Shown: one piece after another, positions 9,819-20,367 of the stretch
Layout: every line of letters begins with the position of its first letter
Position numbering within the stretch: the stretch's first letter is position 1
Assembly (NCBI GenBank): GCA_946498375.1
Contig: CAMMOI010000003.1
Coordinates: 1-57,466, forward strand
Direction of reading: 5' to 3'
Length of the DNA stretch: 57,466 bases
DNA from: an uncultured Mycoplasmatota bacterium
Lineage (GTDB): Bacteria; Bacillota_I; Bacilli_A; RF39; UBA660
Translations under genes and position numbers: made by a program
The notes under the pieces: generated by a model
Told to the model about the DNA's origin: nothing
The model's input: the letters and a program-made list of their open reading frames with translations, nothing else
Databases searched by the model: none

Positions 9819-10700
9819 ATGGTATATAAATTTATCTCTAAGTATGTCAATGCAATAAGTGAGGTTTATTTTGCACTTGATAAAATATTAAAAGCAGATA
9901 ATCAAGTAATTAAATTACCTAGTGAAGTAAGTATTTTTAGTGATAAATTAAATGAAATAAAATCAGACTATATTGTTGCTAAAAAAGAACAACAAGAATC
10001 AGAGGATAAGAAAAATGATCTAATTATGTATATGGCTCATGATTTAAAAAATCCGTTGACTTCTATTATAGGATATTTAACACTATTAAATGATGAGAAA
10101 AATATTAGAAAAAAGACTCAAGATAAATATATAAAGATTGCTCTTGATAAGGCATTAAGAGTAGAAGAATTAACTAATCAATTTTTTGATATAACAAGAT
10201 ATAATCTGCATTCCATGCCTCTTAATAAAACAGATATTAATCTTTCATATTTATTAAAACAGTTGGATGATGAGTACTATCCGATATATAAAAAACATCA
10301 ACTTAAAAGTAAATTATCTGTCTTAGATAAAGTTATTTTTAATGCTGATGGTGATAAATTAGCTAGGGCATTTGATAATCTTTTAAAAAATGCTATTAAT
10401 TATAGTATTAAAAATACAACAATATATATATCTTTATTAGAAAAAGATGATAAAATTTTGATTAGTTTTAAAAATAAAGGCGAAAAAATTCCAGAATATA
10501 AATTAAATAAAATATTCGAAAAATTTTACCGAGGAGATGATTCTAGAAAAAGTTCTACCGGTGGGGCAGGATTGGGTTTAGCAATAACCAAAGAAATTAT
10601 CGAGTTACACAATGGAGCAATAACAGTTAAAAATGATGATGAATTTATTGAATTTAATATTGAATTTAAAAAATATGTTTTAAAATCTATTAAAAGTTGA
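9819..10700 (+). CDS. Sensor histidine kinase (VanS-like), 5'-truncated
   Basis: AHDLKNPLTS H-box, NLLKNAINY, GAGLGLAI; frame open upstream to 9678 through a TM segment, with no start codon or RBS there. Confidence 0.85.
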   Translation: MVYKFISKYVNAISEVYFALDKILKADNQVIKLPSEVSIFSDKLNEIKSDYIVAKKEQQESEDKKNDLIMYMAHDLKNPLTSIIGYLTLLNDEKNIRKKTQDKYIKIALDKALRVEELTNQFFDITRYNLHSMPLNKTDINLSYLLKQLDDEYYPIYKKHQLKSKLSVLDKVIFNADGDKLARAFDNLLKNAINYSIKNTTIYISLLEKDDKILISFKNKGEKIPEYKLNKIFEKFYRGDDSRKSSTGGAGLGLAITKEIIELHNGAITVKNDDEFIEFNIEFKKYVLKSIKS

Positions 10701-10788
10701 ACGAATACAAAAGTAATGATACACTATTTAATGATATTAAAGATATATTAAATAAATTAAAGTAATAAAATAAATATAAGGAGGATAA

Positions 10789-13350
10789 ATGTTAGAACTT
10801 AAAAAAATAAGTAAAATATATGAAACAGATGATTTTAAACAAAAGGCCTTAGATAAGATTAGTATAAACTTTAGAGAAAATGAATTTGCTTCTATTTTGG
10901 GGCCAAGTGGTAGTGGAAAAACTACTCTTTTAAATATTATTGGGGGGTTAGATCAATATACTTCAGGGGATTTAATCATTAATGAAATAAGTACTAAAAA
11001 ATATAAAGATCGAGACTGGGATTCATACCGAAATCATAGAGTAGGTTTTGTTTTTCAAAGTTACAACCTGATACCTCATCAAACAGTTCTTTCAAATGTT
11101 GAGTTGGCTTTAACTTTAAGTGGCATATCAAAAACACAAAGGCGTAAAAAAGCCAAAAAAGCTTTAAAAAAAGTTGGTTTAGAAGATCACATGAGCAAAA
11201 AACCAAATCAACTATCAGGCGGGCAAATGCAAAGAGTAGCTATTGCCAGAGCTATTGTCAATGATCCAGATATTTTACTTGCTGATGAACCAACTGGAGC
11301 ATTAGATACTAAAACTAGTGTCCAAATTATGGATTTAATTAAAGAAATAGCTAAAGATAAATTAGTAATAATGGTTACTCATAATCCGGAATTAGCAAAA
11401 GAATACTCAACTCGTATTATCAAATTAAAAGATGGCAAAATTATAGATGATTCCAATCCGTATGATGGAAGTATAAATACATCTGAGCAAATAGAGACTA
11501 AAATCTTAAAGTCTAAAAAGACTTCAATGAATTTAAAAACCGCTTTATCGTTATCTTTAAATAATTTAATGACTAAAAAGGGAAGAACAATTCTAACTGC
11601 TTTTGCTGGTAGTATTGGAATTATTGGGATAGCTTTAATTCTTTCTTTATCAAGTGGGGTAAGTAATTATATTTCTAAAGTTCAAGAAGAAACTTTAACT
11701 TCTTATCCTTTAACGATTCAAAAAAGCTCTATAGATATTACCTCTGCTATAACAGAACAAAATGAACAAGTAAAAAAAGCTAAAGAAAGCCAAGAAAAGA
11801 ATAAAATATATTCTAACAATACAATTACTGATACATTATCTTTAATTAGCAGTAAAATAAGCTCTAATAATTTAGAAGAGTTTAAAAAATTTTTAGAAAG
11901 TGATAAAAGCAAAATAAATGATTATACGACTGCAATAAGTTATGATTATGATCTAAATTTACAATTATACAAAACAGATACTGAAGAAGTAGTGCAAGTA
12001 AATCCTAATACAGTATTAGAAAGTATTGGAATGCAAACAAATGAAAGTACTAATTTTATTTTTAATGATGTATTTACAGAAATGTTTGAAAATGAGGAAA
12101 TGAACAATAAAATGTATCAGCTTGTAAGTGGTAAAATGCCTCAAAATTATAATGAAGTTGTTTTATTAGTAGATGAAAATAATAGAATTAGTGATTATGT
12201 ATTATATGCCTTAGGTTTAAAAGATCAGAAAGAATTAGAAGATTTTTATGAAAAAATATCTAATGGGGAAGAAGTAGAAACTGAAGAAGTTAGTTTTGAT
12301 TATGATGAGTTAATTGGACTTTCATATAAGGTTTTATTAAATACTGATTACTATGAAAAAGAGCACGGAGTATGGGTAGATAAAAGTAAAGACACGGAGT
12401 ATTTAAAGAAAAAATTAGCTGAAAGTCAAGAGATTAAAATTGTAGGAATTGTAAAACCTAATGAAGATTGGTCTGGAGCAACATCTTCGATGGGAGGAAT
12501 TCTTTATACAAATGAATTAGAAAAACAAGTTATTAAACAAATTAATGATAGTCAAATCGTTAAAGAACAAAAAGAAAATCCTGATGTTAATGTAATTACT
12601 GGTTTAAAGTTTTCTAAAGAAGAATTTAGTGTTGATAGTTTAAGCAAAGAACAACAACGCTATTTACAATCCTTATCAGCAGAAGAACTGACAAATGTTA
12701 TATCTAATTATCAAGAACAAGCAAATTCTACTTATGACAGTATCTTAGCAACTTTAGGCGCAATTGATTTAGATAAACCATCGGCTATTAATATTTATGC
12801 TAAAGATTTTGAAGCAAAAGATGAAATTAAAAATATAATTGAAGACTATAATAATGAGCAAAAAGAAAATGATTTAGAAGAAAATGTTATTAACTATAAC
12901 GATATGGTCGGAATGCTTATGTCTTCAGTTACTAGTATTGTAGATATGATAAGCTATGTTTTAATGGGATTTGTATCAATATCATTAGTAGTTTCTAGTA
13001 TTATGATTGGAATTATTACCTACATTTCCGTTCTGGAAAGAACTAAAGAAATCGGCATTTTAAGAGCTATTGGGGCTAGTAAAAAAGATGTATCAAGAGT
13101 ATTTAATGCCGAAACCCTAATTATTGGTTTAACTGCTGGAGTAATCGGTATTTTAGTTACAATTATTTTAAATATACCAATTAATATAATTATTGAAAAT
13201 TTAGCTAAAGTAAGTAATTTAAGTAAATTACCAGTAGGAGGGGCGCTAATTTTAATCTTAATTAGTGTTATATTAACAATGATTGCCGGATTGATTCCAT
13301 CAAGAATTGCCAGCAAAAAAGATCCGGTAGATTCACTTAGAAGTGAATAA
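10789..13350 (+). CDS. Fused ABC ATPase / FtsX-type permease (MacB-like)
   Basis: GPSGSGKT, LSGGQ, LADEPT, ERTKEIGILRAIGA. Confidence 0.93.
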   Translation: MLELKKISKIYETDDFKQKALDKISINFRENEFASILGPSGSGKTTLLNIIGGLDQYTSGDLIINEISTKKYKDRDWDSYRNHRVGFVFQSYNLIPHQTVLSNVELALTLSGISKTQRRKKAKKALKKVGLEDHMSKKPNQLSGGQMQRVAIARAIVNDPDILLADEPTGALDTKTSVQIMDLIKEIAKDKLVIMVTHNPELAKEYSTRIIKLKDGKIIDDSNPYDGSINTSEQIETKILKSKKTSMNLKTALSLSLNNLMTKKGRTILTAFAGSIGIIGIALILSLSSGVSNYISKVQEETLTSYPLTIQKSSIDITSAITEQNEQVKKAKESQEKNKIYSNNTITDTLSLISSKISSNNLEEFKKFLESDKSKINDYTTAISYDYDLNLQLYKTDTEEVVQVNPNTVLESIGMQTNESTNFIFNDVFTEMFENEEMNNKMYQLVSGKMPQNYNEVVLLVDENNRISDYVLYALGLKDQKELEDFYEKISNGEEVETEEVSFDYDELIGLSYKVLLNTDYYEKEHGVWVDKSKDTEYLKKKLAESQEIKIVGIVKPNEDWSGATSSMGGILYTNELEKQVIKQINDSQIVKEQKENPDVNVITGLKFSKEEFSVDSLSKEQQRYLQSLSAEELTNVISNYQEQANSTYDSILATLGAIDLDKPSAINIYAKDFEAKDEIKNIIEDYNNEQKENDLEENVINYNDMVGMLMSSVTSIVDMISYVLMGFVSISLVVSSIMIGIITYISVLERTKEIGILRAIGASKKDVSRVFNAETLIIGLTAGVIGILVTIILNIPINIIIENLAKVSNLSKLPVGGALILILISVILTMIAGLIPSRIASKKDPVDSLRSE

Positions 13351-13361
13351 AGTAAAGGAGA

Positions 13362-13943
13362 ATGGATATGAAAAAAAATATTAAAACAACAGAAGCAATT
13401 TTTCCAATGCCAGTATTAATGATTGCAACTTATAATGATGATGAGACGATTGATGTCATGAATGCCGCTTGGGGAATGATGTTAGAAAAAGATTATATAG
13501 TATTAAATTTAACAGAAACTCATAAAACCGTAAAAAATATCAAAAAAAGAAAAGCATTTACTGTAAGTATTGCCGATGAAGATCATGTAGTAGAAGCAGA
13601 TTACTTTGGAGTAGTATCGGCAAATAATACAAAAGATAAATTTGGAAATAGTGGATTAACAGCTTCTAAATCTTCCTTAATAGATGCACCAATTATTAAT
13701 GAATTTCCAATTTGTATAGAATGTGAATTTGTAGAATATCAAGACGATAAATATGGGTGTGGCGTGATTGGTAAGATTATTAATGTAAGTGCTGAGGAAA
13801 AAGTAATGAATAATGATAAAGTGGATATTACAAAATTAAATGCGATTGCATTTGATCCATATACTCACGGATATTATAAAGTTACTGATCGTGTGGGAGA
13901 AGCTTTTAAAGATGGCTTAAAATTAAAAAATAGAAGAGATTAA
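13362..13943 (+). CDS. Flavin reductase-like protein
   Basis: PMPVLMIAT, MNAAWG, ADYFG, APII.EFP..IEC. Confidence 0.9.
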   Translation: MDMKKNIKTTEAIFPMPVLMIATYNDDETIDVMNAAWGMMLEKDYIVLNLTETHKTVKNIKKRKAFTVSIADEDHVVEADYFGVVSANNTKDKFGNSGLTASKSSLIDAPIINEFPICIECEFVEYQDDKYGCGVIGKIINVSAEEKVMNNDKVDITKLNAIAFDPYTHGYYKVTDRVGEAFKDGLKLKNRRD

Positions 13944-13948
13944 CTCTT

Positions 13949-14485
13949 TTATTTTTTATTGCTATATTCACTCATTATAATCTGATACATTTCCTCAGGA
14001 GATTCTAAGCATCCGTTATCTAACCATTTTTTAATAATAGCATTAAATCCTGCTCTAAAAAATTCTATATGATAATCAATATATTGATCATTATAAAACT
14101 GTTGAGCTAAGTTTTTATCGTATTCAAAGTTTGCATTACTCGGTAGTACATTTGGATCGTTTTCTAATTTAAAATAAGTTTTAAAAAATAATTGATTGTC
14201 TTTAATTAATCGAAATATTTTAGAAAAATCATTAGAATTATATTTCTTCGTTCGCTCATCTTCATATAAATTACAAACATCTTGGACTAATCTAAGACGA
14301 ATTTTATCTGCTAAATCATAAATATCTAAATAGTTATTGTAAAAAGTTGTCCGATTTATGCCTGTAATTTTACAAATATCTGTAACAGTAATTTGACTAA
14401 GTTCTTTTTCTTGTAATAGGCTAACAAATGCTTTTTCTATTTTTTCTTGAGATTTTCTTTTGCGTTTGTTATTGACTACATTCAT
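13949..14485 (-). CDS. TetR/AcrR family regulator
   Basis: ITVTDICKITGINRTTFY HTH. Confidence 0.92.
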   Translation of the reverse strand: MNVVNNKRKRKSQEKIEKAFVSLLQEKELSQITVTDICKITGINRTTFYNNYLDIYDLADKIRLRLVQDVCNLYEDERTKKYNSNDFSKIFRLIKDNQLFFKTYFKLENDPNVLPSNANFEYDKNLAQQFYNDQYIDYHIEFFRAGFNAIIKKWLDNGCLESPEEMYQIIMSEYSNKK

Positions 14486-14503
14486 AATATTTCCTCCATT
14501 AAC

Positions 14504-14586
14504 TCAACAATTGTTTAAAAATTGATGATTGTTTTTAAATGCTATAATTATTATACTTTAATCGTAATACATCAACAAGTGTTGAT
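14504..14586. promoter_or_regulatory. Two palindromic candidate TetR operators in the divergent intergenic region
   Basis: TCAACAATTGTTTA (14504-14517) and ATCAACAAGTGTTGAT (14571-14586), shared core TCAACA-NN-TGTT; extended -10 TGCTATAAT (14540-14548) between them. Confidence 0.65.
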
Positions 14587-14605
14587 TTTAAAAGGAGGTG
14601 AAAAT

Positions 14606-14845
14606 ATGGCAAAATCAAAATTAGTAAAAGCCAATGAAAAAATAGCCGAAAATGTTACTACTGGTTTTAAAAAAATGAGCGATGGGGTAGTAAATGGTTT
14701 TAATAAAATGAGTGATGCTGTAGTAGGTGGTTATACCAAAATAGAAGATAAGTTTGTAGATGAATTTTTAACAAAAGATGGTGAAACCGTTAGTGAAGCA
14801 AAAAAAAGATTAAAACAAGAAGCAGAAAATAGAAAAAATAAGTAG
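14606..14845 (+). CDS. Small hypothetical protein with 11-aa amphipathic repeats
   Basis: AAGGAGGTG RBS, ATG 14606; GFKKMSDGVVN/GFNKMSDAVVG/GYTKIEDKFVD. Confidence 0.8.
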   Translation: MAKSKLVKANEKIAENVTTGFKKMSDGVVNGFNKMSDAVVGGYTKIEDKFVDEFLTKDGETVSEAKKRLKQEAENRKNK

Positions 14846-14855
14846 GGAGAATAAT

Positions 14856-15247
14856 ATGAAAAAGGAAACATTATTAGAAATTATTTTAGGAACTATTGGT
14901 GGTTTAGTTTTTGCAATAGGAATGTGTATGTGTTTAATTTTAGAATGGGAATTATTTAATGTTGGCGTAGTAATAGCCACTCTTGGATTTATAATTTTAC
15001 TTTGTATTATTCCAATATATAGAAAATCTCGTCCCAAAAAGGCATCAAAACCAATCAATTGGGGATTTGTTTTAGCTTGGATAATCGGAATAATTGGGCC
15101 TTAATTATGGGATTTGGTATGAGTAAAACAATGATTGATACTGCAACACAAAAAGACATGTTATTTGGAATTATTACAGGTGTCATTGGGCTTGTTATTT
15201 GTGTATTAGATTATCCAATCTACTCTTATTTAAAGAAAAATAAATAA
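14856..15247 (+). pseudogene. Four-TM membrane protein split by a 1-nt frameshift near 15097
   Basis: LAWIIGIIG continues as ALIMGFGM in the other frame at attgggcctta; the two halves resemble each other. Confidence 0.75.
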
Positions 15248-15341
15248 TGAAAAGAATTTCTTTTCATTTTTGTTACGTAGAAAAATATTTGATTAGATGG
15301 TAAAATAACAATAGGCTATATAATGAATTAGGAGGCAGAAA

Positions 15342-16202
15342 ATGAAAAAGATTTTCTTTCCCCATAAAATAATTGGGGTTATTTTATTTAATCTTAGTGT
15401 GTTCTTATTAATATATGTATTTGCCTTTCATCTAGAAAACACGTTTATTGCTTATATTGCTTATATTTTATCTACTTACTCATTAATTATTTTTTGTATT
15501 TGGTTTTATAAAGCTTGCCAATTTGGAAACGAATTTATTAAAAATAATAGCAGGATATATAATTTTTATGATCAGCATAGAATTCACATTACAAAATGGA
15601 CATTAAATATTTCATTTTGTATAAATTTGATATATGGTATCTTTAAATTAGTTACAGGTATATATTATAGATCGGCTTGGTTTATTACATTTGCAATATA
15701 TTATCTATTATTATGTTTTATAAAAGCTACTTTAGCTACTAGTTTTAAAAAGAAGTTATCTAAAAATAATCTTATAAAAGAATATCAAAATTTAAAAACT
15801 ACAGGTATTATATTGCTTTTATTAGATATAATCTTAACTGGGATGATTATTTTAATCGTTCATCAAAATAAAACATTTATTTATCCTGGTAACCTTATTT
15901 ATATAGTAGCAATGTATGATTTTTATTTAATTATTACAGCTTTTATAAATGTTTTTAAACATCGTAAAAATAGTAGCCCTAATATGTTAGCTACAAAATG
16001 TGTTAGTTTGACTGTAGCAATGATATCAATGATTTCTCTAGAAGTAGCAATGATATATCAATTTGGTGCTAATGATAATAATTTTAAACTAACAATGGTA
16101 TTAATTACTGGGATTGCTGTTACTTTAATTAATTCTTTTATGGCCATAATGATGATATTTAACGCCCATAAAAATTTAAAAACAAAATTAAGTAGTAAGT
16201 GA
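15342..16202 (+). CDS. Multi-pass membrane protein of unknown function
   Basis: 286 aa, AGGAGG RBS, about 8 hydrophobic segments. Confidence 0.8.
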   Translation: MKKIFFPHKIIGVILFNLSVFLLIYVFAFHLENTFIAYIAYILSTYSLIIFCIWFYKACQFGNEFIKNNSRIYNFYDQHRIHITKWTLNISFCINLIYGIFKLVTGIYYRSAWFITFAIYYLLLCFIKATLATSFKKKLSKNNLIKEYQNLKTTGIILLLLDIILTGMIILIVHQNKTFIYPGNLIYIVAMYDFYLIITAFINVFKHRKNSSPNMLATKCVSLTVAMISMISLEVAMIYQFGANDNNFKLTMVLITGIAVTLINSFMAIMMIFNAHKNLKTKLSSK

Positions 16203-16254
16203 TATGTTCATGAAAGAAATAATAAATAAAATTACAATTACTGTATTAAGTAAA

Positions 16255-16284
16255 AAAGGTCAATTTAGCATTGATCTTTTTTTT
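16255..16284 (+). terminator. Terminator
   Basis: aaaggtcaat-ttagc-attgatcttt plus T-run. Confidence 0.6.
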
Positions 16285-16292
16285 ATTTAAAA

Positions 16293-16325
16293 GTCACTTA
16301 CATGTCACTTAGAGCAACTTATAAT
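16293..16325 (+). promoter_or_regulatory. OmpR-type direct-repeat site and -10 box
   Basis: GTCACTTA at 16293 and 16304 (11-bp period), GCAACTTA at 16314, TATAAT 16320-16325. Confidence 0.65.
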
Positions 16326-16349
16326 GTAATTACAAAAGGAGGAGTTAAT

Positions 16350-17021
16350 ATGGAAATATTAAGAGTAGAAAATCTTTCTAAAATATATGGTAAAGGAGAA
16401 AATAAAGTTGTTGCTTTAGATAATGTATCTTTTACTGTAAGAAAAGGAGAATTTGTAGCAATCGTTGGAGCCAGTGGTTCGGGTAAATCGACTTTATTAC
16501 ATTTAATTGGAGGGGTTGATCGACCAACGAGCGGGAAAGTATTTATTAATGGTCAAAATATTTATGAAATGGATGATGATAAACTAGCCATTTTTCGAAG
16601 AAGACAAATCGGCTTAATTTATCAGTTTTATAATTTAATTCCCATTTTAAATGTTGAAGAAAATATCACTTTACCATTAGAATTAGATAATCGTAAGGTT
16701 GATCAAAACAATTTAGCCCAGTTATTAAAATTGTTAGGTTTAGAACTCAGAAAACACCACTTACCTAATGAATTATCTGGAGGCCAACAACAAAGAGTTT
16801 CAATTGGAAGAGCTTTAATTACTAATCCTTCAGTAATTCTGGCCGATGAGCCCACCGGTAATTTAGATTCTAAAGCTAGTGATGAAATAGTTTATCTGCT
16901 TAAAAAATCTAATAAAGAGTATAAGCAAACAGTAATCATGATTACTCATAATATGGAAATAGCCAAAATGGCTGATCGAATAATTAAAATAGAAGATGGA
17001 AAAATTGTTAAGGAGGATTAA
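16350..17021 (+). CDS. ABC transporter ATP-binding protein (LolD/MacB-type)
   Basis: GASGSGKS, LSGGQQQR, LADEPT; ATG 16350 after AGGAGG. Confidence 0.95.
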   Translation: MEILRVENLSKIYGKGENKVVALDNVSFTVRKGEFVAIVGASGSGKSTLLHLIGGVDRPTSGKVFINGQNIYEMDDDKLAIFRRRQIGLIYQFYNLIPILNVEENITLPLELDNRKVDQNNLAQLLKLLGLELRKHHLPNELSGGQQQRVSIGRALITNPSVILADEPTGNLDSKASDEIVYLLKKSNKEYKQTVIMITHNMEIAKMADRIIKIEDGKIVKED

Positions 17022-17023
17022 AT

Positions 17024-19651
17024 ATGAACTTACTTAACAAATTAACAATAAAAAATTTAAAATTAAATAAAAAAAGAACCATTGTAACTATAATAGGAAT
17101 TATGCTTTCTGCTGCTTTAATTACGGCGGTAGCTTCTATTTATTCAAGTGGGATAAAGTCTTTAATAAAGTTTGAAACAAGCGAAAAAGGAGATTTTCAC
17201 GTAGCATTTTACGACGTACCAATATCTGATATTAAGGATTTTGAAAACAACCGAGCAATACAGAAAATAAATATAACGCAAAATGTTGGTTATGCAAAAA
17301 TTGATTCTCAAAATGAGTATAAACCTTATGCTTATGTCAAAGCTTTTAGCAAAAGTGCTTTAGAAAATCTATCTGTTAAACTTACCTCTGGTAGATTGCC
17401 ACAAAATGAAAATGAAATAGTAATACCCACTCATTTAAAAACAAATGGGCGAATAGATTTTAAAGTTGGCGATACAATTACTTTAGATATAGGGCAGCGA
17501 GTAACTAATGATAATCAAAAGTTAAATCAAAGTAATCCTTATAATATTAACTCAGATACTCAAACTGTTGAGGAAAAAATAATTAATACAACTAGTAAAA
17601 CTTACAAAATAGTTGGTATCATAGAGCGCCCAGCAACTAATATTGAAGATTATTCTGCTCCAGGTTATACATTTATAACTTATTTGGATGATAAAAATAT
17701 AAAAGATGAAGTTGATATATATGCAAAGTTTACTAAAGATGGTACTAAAAACGTTTACAGCATTACAGCAAATATATTAGGTATTGATGAAGATATCTTT
17801 GCTATGGCTTATAAACAAAATACACCTATGAGTTTAGAACAAATCAATCAAATTGATGAACAGTTAAACAAAGCAAAATATCAAACTAATGTTAATAGCT
17901 ATTTAATCATTTTAGAAACTAATCCGTTAAACAGTAATAGTGGCTTAGGAGAGCTTGGTATCGTCGCAGCTATTGTAATAGGAATAATTGTTTTTACTTC
18001 TATATTTTGTATAAAAAACAGTTTTGATATATCAATAACAGAAAAAATAAAACAATACGGAATGTTAAAAAGTGTTGGTGCTACTAAAAAGCAAATAAGA
18101 AAAAATGTTTTTTATGAAGCTTCAATTTTAGGATTAATTGGTATTCCTTTAGGCATAATATTAGGACTTTTAGCATCGTTTATTCTAATTATCATCAGTA
18201 ATTATTATATAAAAGATATGTTAGCATCGGGATTAAAACTTTATTATTCTTTCTCTATTATAGCAATTTTAATTGCGATAATATTAGGAATTATAACTAT
18301 TTATTTTTCGGCCTTTAGAAGTGCAAGACGTGCTGCAAATATTTCTTTAATTGATTCAATAAGAAATAGCTCTAATATCAAAATAAACCCTAAAAAAATT
18401 AAGTCGCCCAAAATAATCAAAAAGCTTTTTGGTATGGGTGGAGAAATATCTTATAAAAACTTAAAAAGAAACAAAAAGAAATATCGAACTACTATTATTT
18501 CAATTATCGTATCTGTATTAGTTTTTATTGCTTTATCAAGTTTTATGAATATGGCTTTTGATACAGTGGAAAACGAACTAAAGGTAAGTGATTATAATAT
18601 TTTACTTTCATCAACAGACTATAAAGAAGAGTCATATCAAAAGTTTATAGAAACAACTAAATTTGATAATATCACTGATTATGCTATTTTAAGGCAAAGT
18701 TCTTTAAAAACTAAAGAAAATTATTATAATCAAAAATATATTGATTATTTAAATTTGGAGTTAGATCCCCAAATAGATAATTACATAACTATAATGGCAT
18801 TAGGAAAGAAGCAGTATAATAAATATATTGATTCATTGGGATTAGAATATGATGATATTAAAGACAAAGCAATTTTATTAGATTATTCTATTGTAAGTAA
18901 ATATGATCAAGAAAAAGATAAATTTGAAAATGAGTATATGCGTATTTACAACCTAGAAGCGCAAGATACAATTAGTGGCACATTAGATAATGATCAAACT
19001 ATTGATTTACAAATCGGTTTGGTTTCTAAAAAAATACCATTTGGTCTTAAAAATATTGATGGGGCTAAATTAATAATTAGCGATGAATTATTTGATCAAA
19101 TTACTACTAGTGAAGTTTTAGAAATATGTTATAAATCTAATAATGCTACGAAATTACAAGATGATATTGAAACATATTTAAAGGGGGAAGAATATTATTT
19201 AAATAATACTGAAGAAAATGCTAAGATGATGAGTAATCTATTTACTTTAATAGGTATATTCTTATATGGCTTTATCATTGTAATCTCCTTAATAGGAATA
19301 ACTAATATATTTAATACTATTACTACTAATATGCATCTTCGAGCACAAGAGTTTGCTATGTTAAAATCTATTGGAATGACTAAAAAAGAATTTAATAGAA
19401 TGATTAAACTAGAAAGTTTATTTATGGGATTAAAAGCCTTAATAATAGGAATACCTATAGGATTAATTTTATCATATATAATTTATCATTTCTTAGTAGG
19501 AGAATCAGGTTTACCATATAAATTACCATTACTTGCTATAATTATTTCAATTATTGTTGTATTTATCTTAATTTTTATAATCATGAAGTATTCTATAAAT
19601 AAAATTAATAAACAAAATATTATTGAAACAATTAGAAACGATAACATTTAA
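17024..19651 (+). CDS. FtsX-like ABC permease (two permease domains)
   Basis: QYGMLKSVGAT and EFAMLKSIGMT motifs. Confidence 0.92.
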   Translation: MNLLNKLTIKNLKLNKKRTIVTIIGIMLSAALITAVASIYSSGIKSLIKFETSEKGDFHVAFYDVPISDIKDFENNRAIQKINITQNVGYAKIDSQNEYKPYAYVKAFSKSALENLSVKLTSGRLPQNENEIVIPTHLKTNGRIDFKVGDTITLDIGQRVTNDNQKLNQSNPYNINSDTQTVEEKIINTTSKTYKIVGIIERPATNIEDYSAPGYTFITYLDDKNIKDEVDIYAKFTKDGTKNVYSITANILGIDEDIFAMAYKQNTPMSLEQINQIDEQLNKAKYQTNVNSYLIILETNPLNSNSGLGELGIVAAIVIGIIVFTSIFCIKNSFDISITEKIKQYGMLKSVGATKKQIRKNVFYEASILGLIGIPLGIILGLLASFILIIISNYYIKDMLASGLKLYYSFSIIAILIAIILGIITIYFSAFRSARRAANISLIDSIRNSSNIKINPKKIKSPKIIKKLFGMGGEISYKNLKRNKKKYRTTIISIIVSVLVFIALSSFMNMAFDTVENELKVSDYNILLSSTDYKEESYQKFIETTKFDNITDYAILRQSSLKTKENYYNQKYIDYLNLELDPQIDNYITIMALGKKQYNKYIDSLGLEYDDIKDKAILLDYSIVSKYDQEKDKFENEYMRIYNLEAQDTISGTLDNDQTIDLQIGLVSKKIPFGLKNIDGAKLIISDELFDQITTSEVLEICYKSNNATKLQDDIETYLKGEEYYLNNTEENAKMMSNLFTLIGIFLYGFIIVISLIGITNIFNTITTNMHLRAQEFAMLKSIGMTKKEFNRMIKLESLFMGLKALIIGIPIGLILSYIIYHFLVGESGLPYKLPLLAIIISIIVVFILIFIIMKYSINKINKQNIIETIRNDNI

Positions 19652-19704
19652 AGGGAAATATTTTCCTTTTTTTGGTATACTTAAAAAGTAATAAAGGAGG
19701 ACTT

Positions 19705-20367
19705 ATGAATATTTTATTGATAGAGGATAATGAAAGTATTAGTGATGGGTTAAAATATTCTTTAGAAACCCAAAATTATAAAGTTAAAGTTTGTAATAAT
19801 ATTAAAAATACTATAGATTATCTGCATTTAAATCCTAAAGTTGATTTATCTATTATTGATATATCATTGCCTGATGGTAATGGGTTTGACTTATATCAAA
19901 AATTTATTAAAAACAAAAATATTCCTACTATATTTTTAACGGCTAGGGATAGTGAGGATGATATTGTTAAAGGCTTAGAACTGGGTGTGGAAGATTACAT
20001 GACAAAACCATTTTCCACTAAAGAATTACTAGCACGGATTAAAAGAAATATTATGAAAAATAAAAATGAATCTATTATCACCATTGATGATATTAGTTTT
20101 GATTTTGATAAGATGGAAGTTAGAAAAAATAGCCAGGTAGTTTTACTTACAAGACTTGAATTAAAAATACTATATTTATTATTTACTAATTTAAATCGGG
20201 TTGTCAGAAGAGATTATATTTTAGAAAAAATATGGGAATGGACTGGAAATGATGTTAATGATAACACATTAACTGTTTATTTAAAAAGAATTAGAGAAAA
20301 ATTAGATACAAATATTATTAAAACTATAAAAGGAATAGGGTATAGAATTGATGAGGCTAGAAAATAA
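19705..20367 (+). CDS. OmpR-family response regulator
   Basis: LLIEDN, DISLPDGNG, FLTA, KPF, winged helix; ATG 19705 after AAGGAGG. Confidence 0.95.
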   Translation: MNILLIEDNESISDGLKYSLETQNYKVKVCNNIKNTIDYLHLNPKVDLSIIDISLPDGNGFDLYQKFIKNKNIPTIFLTARDSEDDIVKGLELGVEDYMTKPFSTKELLARIKRNIMKNKNESIITIDDISFDFDKMEVRKNSQVVLLTRLELKILYLLFTNLNRVVRRDYILEKIWEWTGNDVNDNTLTVYLKRIREKLDTNIIKTIKGIGYRIDEARK

